IMG/VR virus record: IMGVR_UViG_3300031134_000466
Source: a virus
Taxonomy: Duplodnaviria; Heunggongvirae; Uroviricota; Caudoviricetes
DNA length: 64,000 nucleotides
Strand: one strand, 5' to 3'
The notes under the pieces: generated by a model
Database searches by the model: none
Told to the model about the DNA's origin: nothing
What the model saw: the letters and a program-made list of their open reading frames with translations, nothing else
Program-made: the position numbers and the translations under genes
In this document: positions 63,270 to 64,000 of the stretch, piece after piece
Numbering within the stretch: position 1 is the first letter of the stretch
Layout: every line of letters starts with the position of its first letter

Positions 63270-63632
63270 ATGCTGTTACCTACAATTCGAGGTAGCAAAG
63301 TTGACAAGTTGAGCAAAGGTAAAAACGTGGACAGTTACATCTTTTGGAGAGTGTCCAACTCAGAAGACAATATCTCATGGATAGCCGCTCAAGAAGATTT
63401 TGGTGAACACCGAATTTTCGTGTGGGTAGGCAATACAAGACTTTGGCATCATCACGACGATTTGGAAAATGATTTCTATAACCGTGACAGAATAATGACC
63501 TACCTAAGGATCACTGCTGAAGAAGTAAATAGTCAGCTACCGTTCCAAGCATTGTTTGGTGAACGAACTGAGTGGATTTTGGACATTCTAAAGCAAGCTC
63601 CTGTTCGAACACATCAAGAAATAGGGTTATAA
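63270..63632 (+). CDS. hypothetical protein
   Basis: 120-aa ORF. The start is uncertain. Confidence 0.45.
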   Translation: MLLPTIRGSKVDKLSKGKNVDSYIFWRVSNSEDNISWIAAQEDFGEHRIFVWVGNTRLWHHHDDLENDFYNRDRIMTYLRITAEEVNSQLPFQALFGERTEWILDILKQAPVRTHQEIGL

Positions 63633-63636
63633 CAAT

Positions 63637-63665
63637 TTGACTTACTTTCAACTGAATGGTAGAAT
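63637..63665 (+). promoter_or_regulatory. -35 TTGACT / 17 nt / -10 TAGAAT (TGGTAGAAT), leaderless
   Basis: TAGAAT lies 5 nt upstream of ATG 63671. This best-formed promoter argues against the track start at 63656. Confidence 0.65.
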
Positions 63666-63670
63666 CAGAT

Positions 63671-63973
63671 ATGACTATCAATATTGCTATTAACAGTCCC
63701 CTTACCGAGAACTATTCTTTGGATCAGAAGAACGCTTTAGCTAAACAAATTCTTGCTTTGATTGAAGCCAACAAAATCGATTTTGTCACCACTGTTGGAG
63801 AAGCTCGTCCTTACATTGGTCGGAATATCAGCATGTGGAGTTTTTCTGGGAACGATATTGAAGGTGTCCTGGAGCAGGTTGGATTCTCCGCTCAGGATAA
63901 TCGAGACTACGTTGTCGTAGACGGTAAAACTCATTACACTATCAAATCTTTCCCTATTACTGTAAAGCCTTAG
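63671..63973 (+). CDS. hypothetical protein
   Basis: 100 aa from ATG 63671. Confidence 0.5.
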   Translation: MTINIAINSPLTENYSLDQKNALAKQILALIEANKIDFVTTVGEARPYIGRNISMWSFSGNDIEGVLEQVGFSAQDNRDYVVVDGKTHYTIKSFPITVKP

Positions 63974-64000
63974 CCTGGAGTCCCCTACCCTCATCATGAT

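Overview
This is a gene-dense 64-kb segment with about 72 supportable protein-coding genes on both strands. I recognised no rRNA, tRNA or CRISPR array. It reads like the non-structural, accessory region of a large bacteriophage, or a comparable mobile element, of an actinobacterial host. I cannot confirm this without database searches.

Host clues are all inferences:
- an LAxTG (sortase E-type) sorting signal;
- NucS/EndoMS;
- a DnaK with an actinobacterial-type N-terminus;
- many leaderless or near-leaderless genes behind a recurring G-n-TAGAnT -10 element.

Phage-like content:
- SNF2 helicase, YqaJ+DnaQ exonuclease fusion, NrdF, two CDA-fold deaminases and a MazG-like NTP pyrophosphatase;
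- a dNMP-kinase::Dcm fusion interrupted by an intein exactly at the catalytic Cys;
- RNase H, an EEP nuclease, Pnkp and two paralogous RNA ligases.

Unusual cargo:
- A large NAD-centred gene set. It has one WGR-PARP and three R-S-ExE ADP-ribosyltransferases. It also has a translationally coupled operon encoding a racemase-like enzyme, a divergent NadE, a 2OG oxygenase, a NadD/NMNAT::type-I-PRT fusion and a DUF4126 membrane protein, plus a canonical NadE nearby.
- Three modular type IV pilin-like paralogs with swapped C-terminal domains.
- A portable N-terminal C-x7-C-x2-H module shared by the ARTs and a HAD nucleotidase.
- Envelope genes: LepB, an O-antigen-ligase-like protein, an LAxTG surface protein, an ABC exporter, SPFH and a YcgR/YcgQ-like permease pair.
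- A full-length DnaK and a TerF-C-type vWA protein.

Most genes or small operons are bracketed by their own promoter and long perfect hairpin terminators, a moron-like cassette architecture. All functional calls come from motif recognition by eye in the supplied translations. No similarity search was run.
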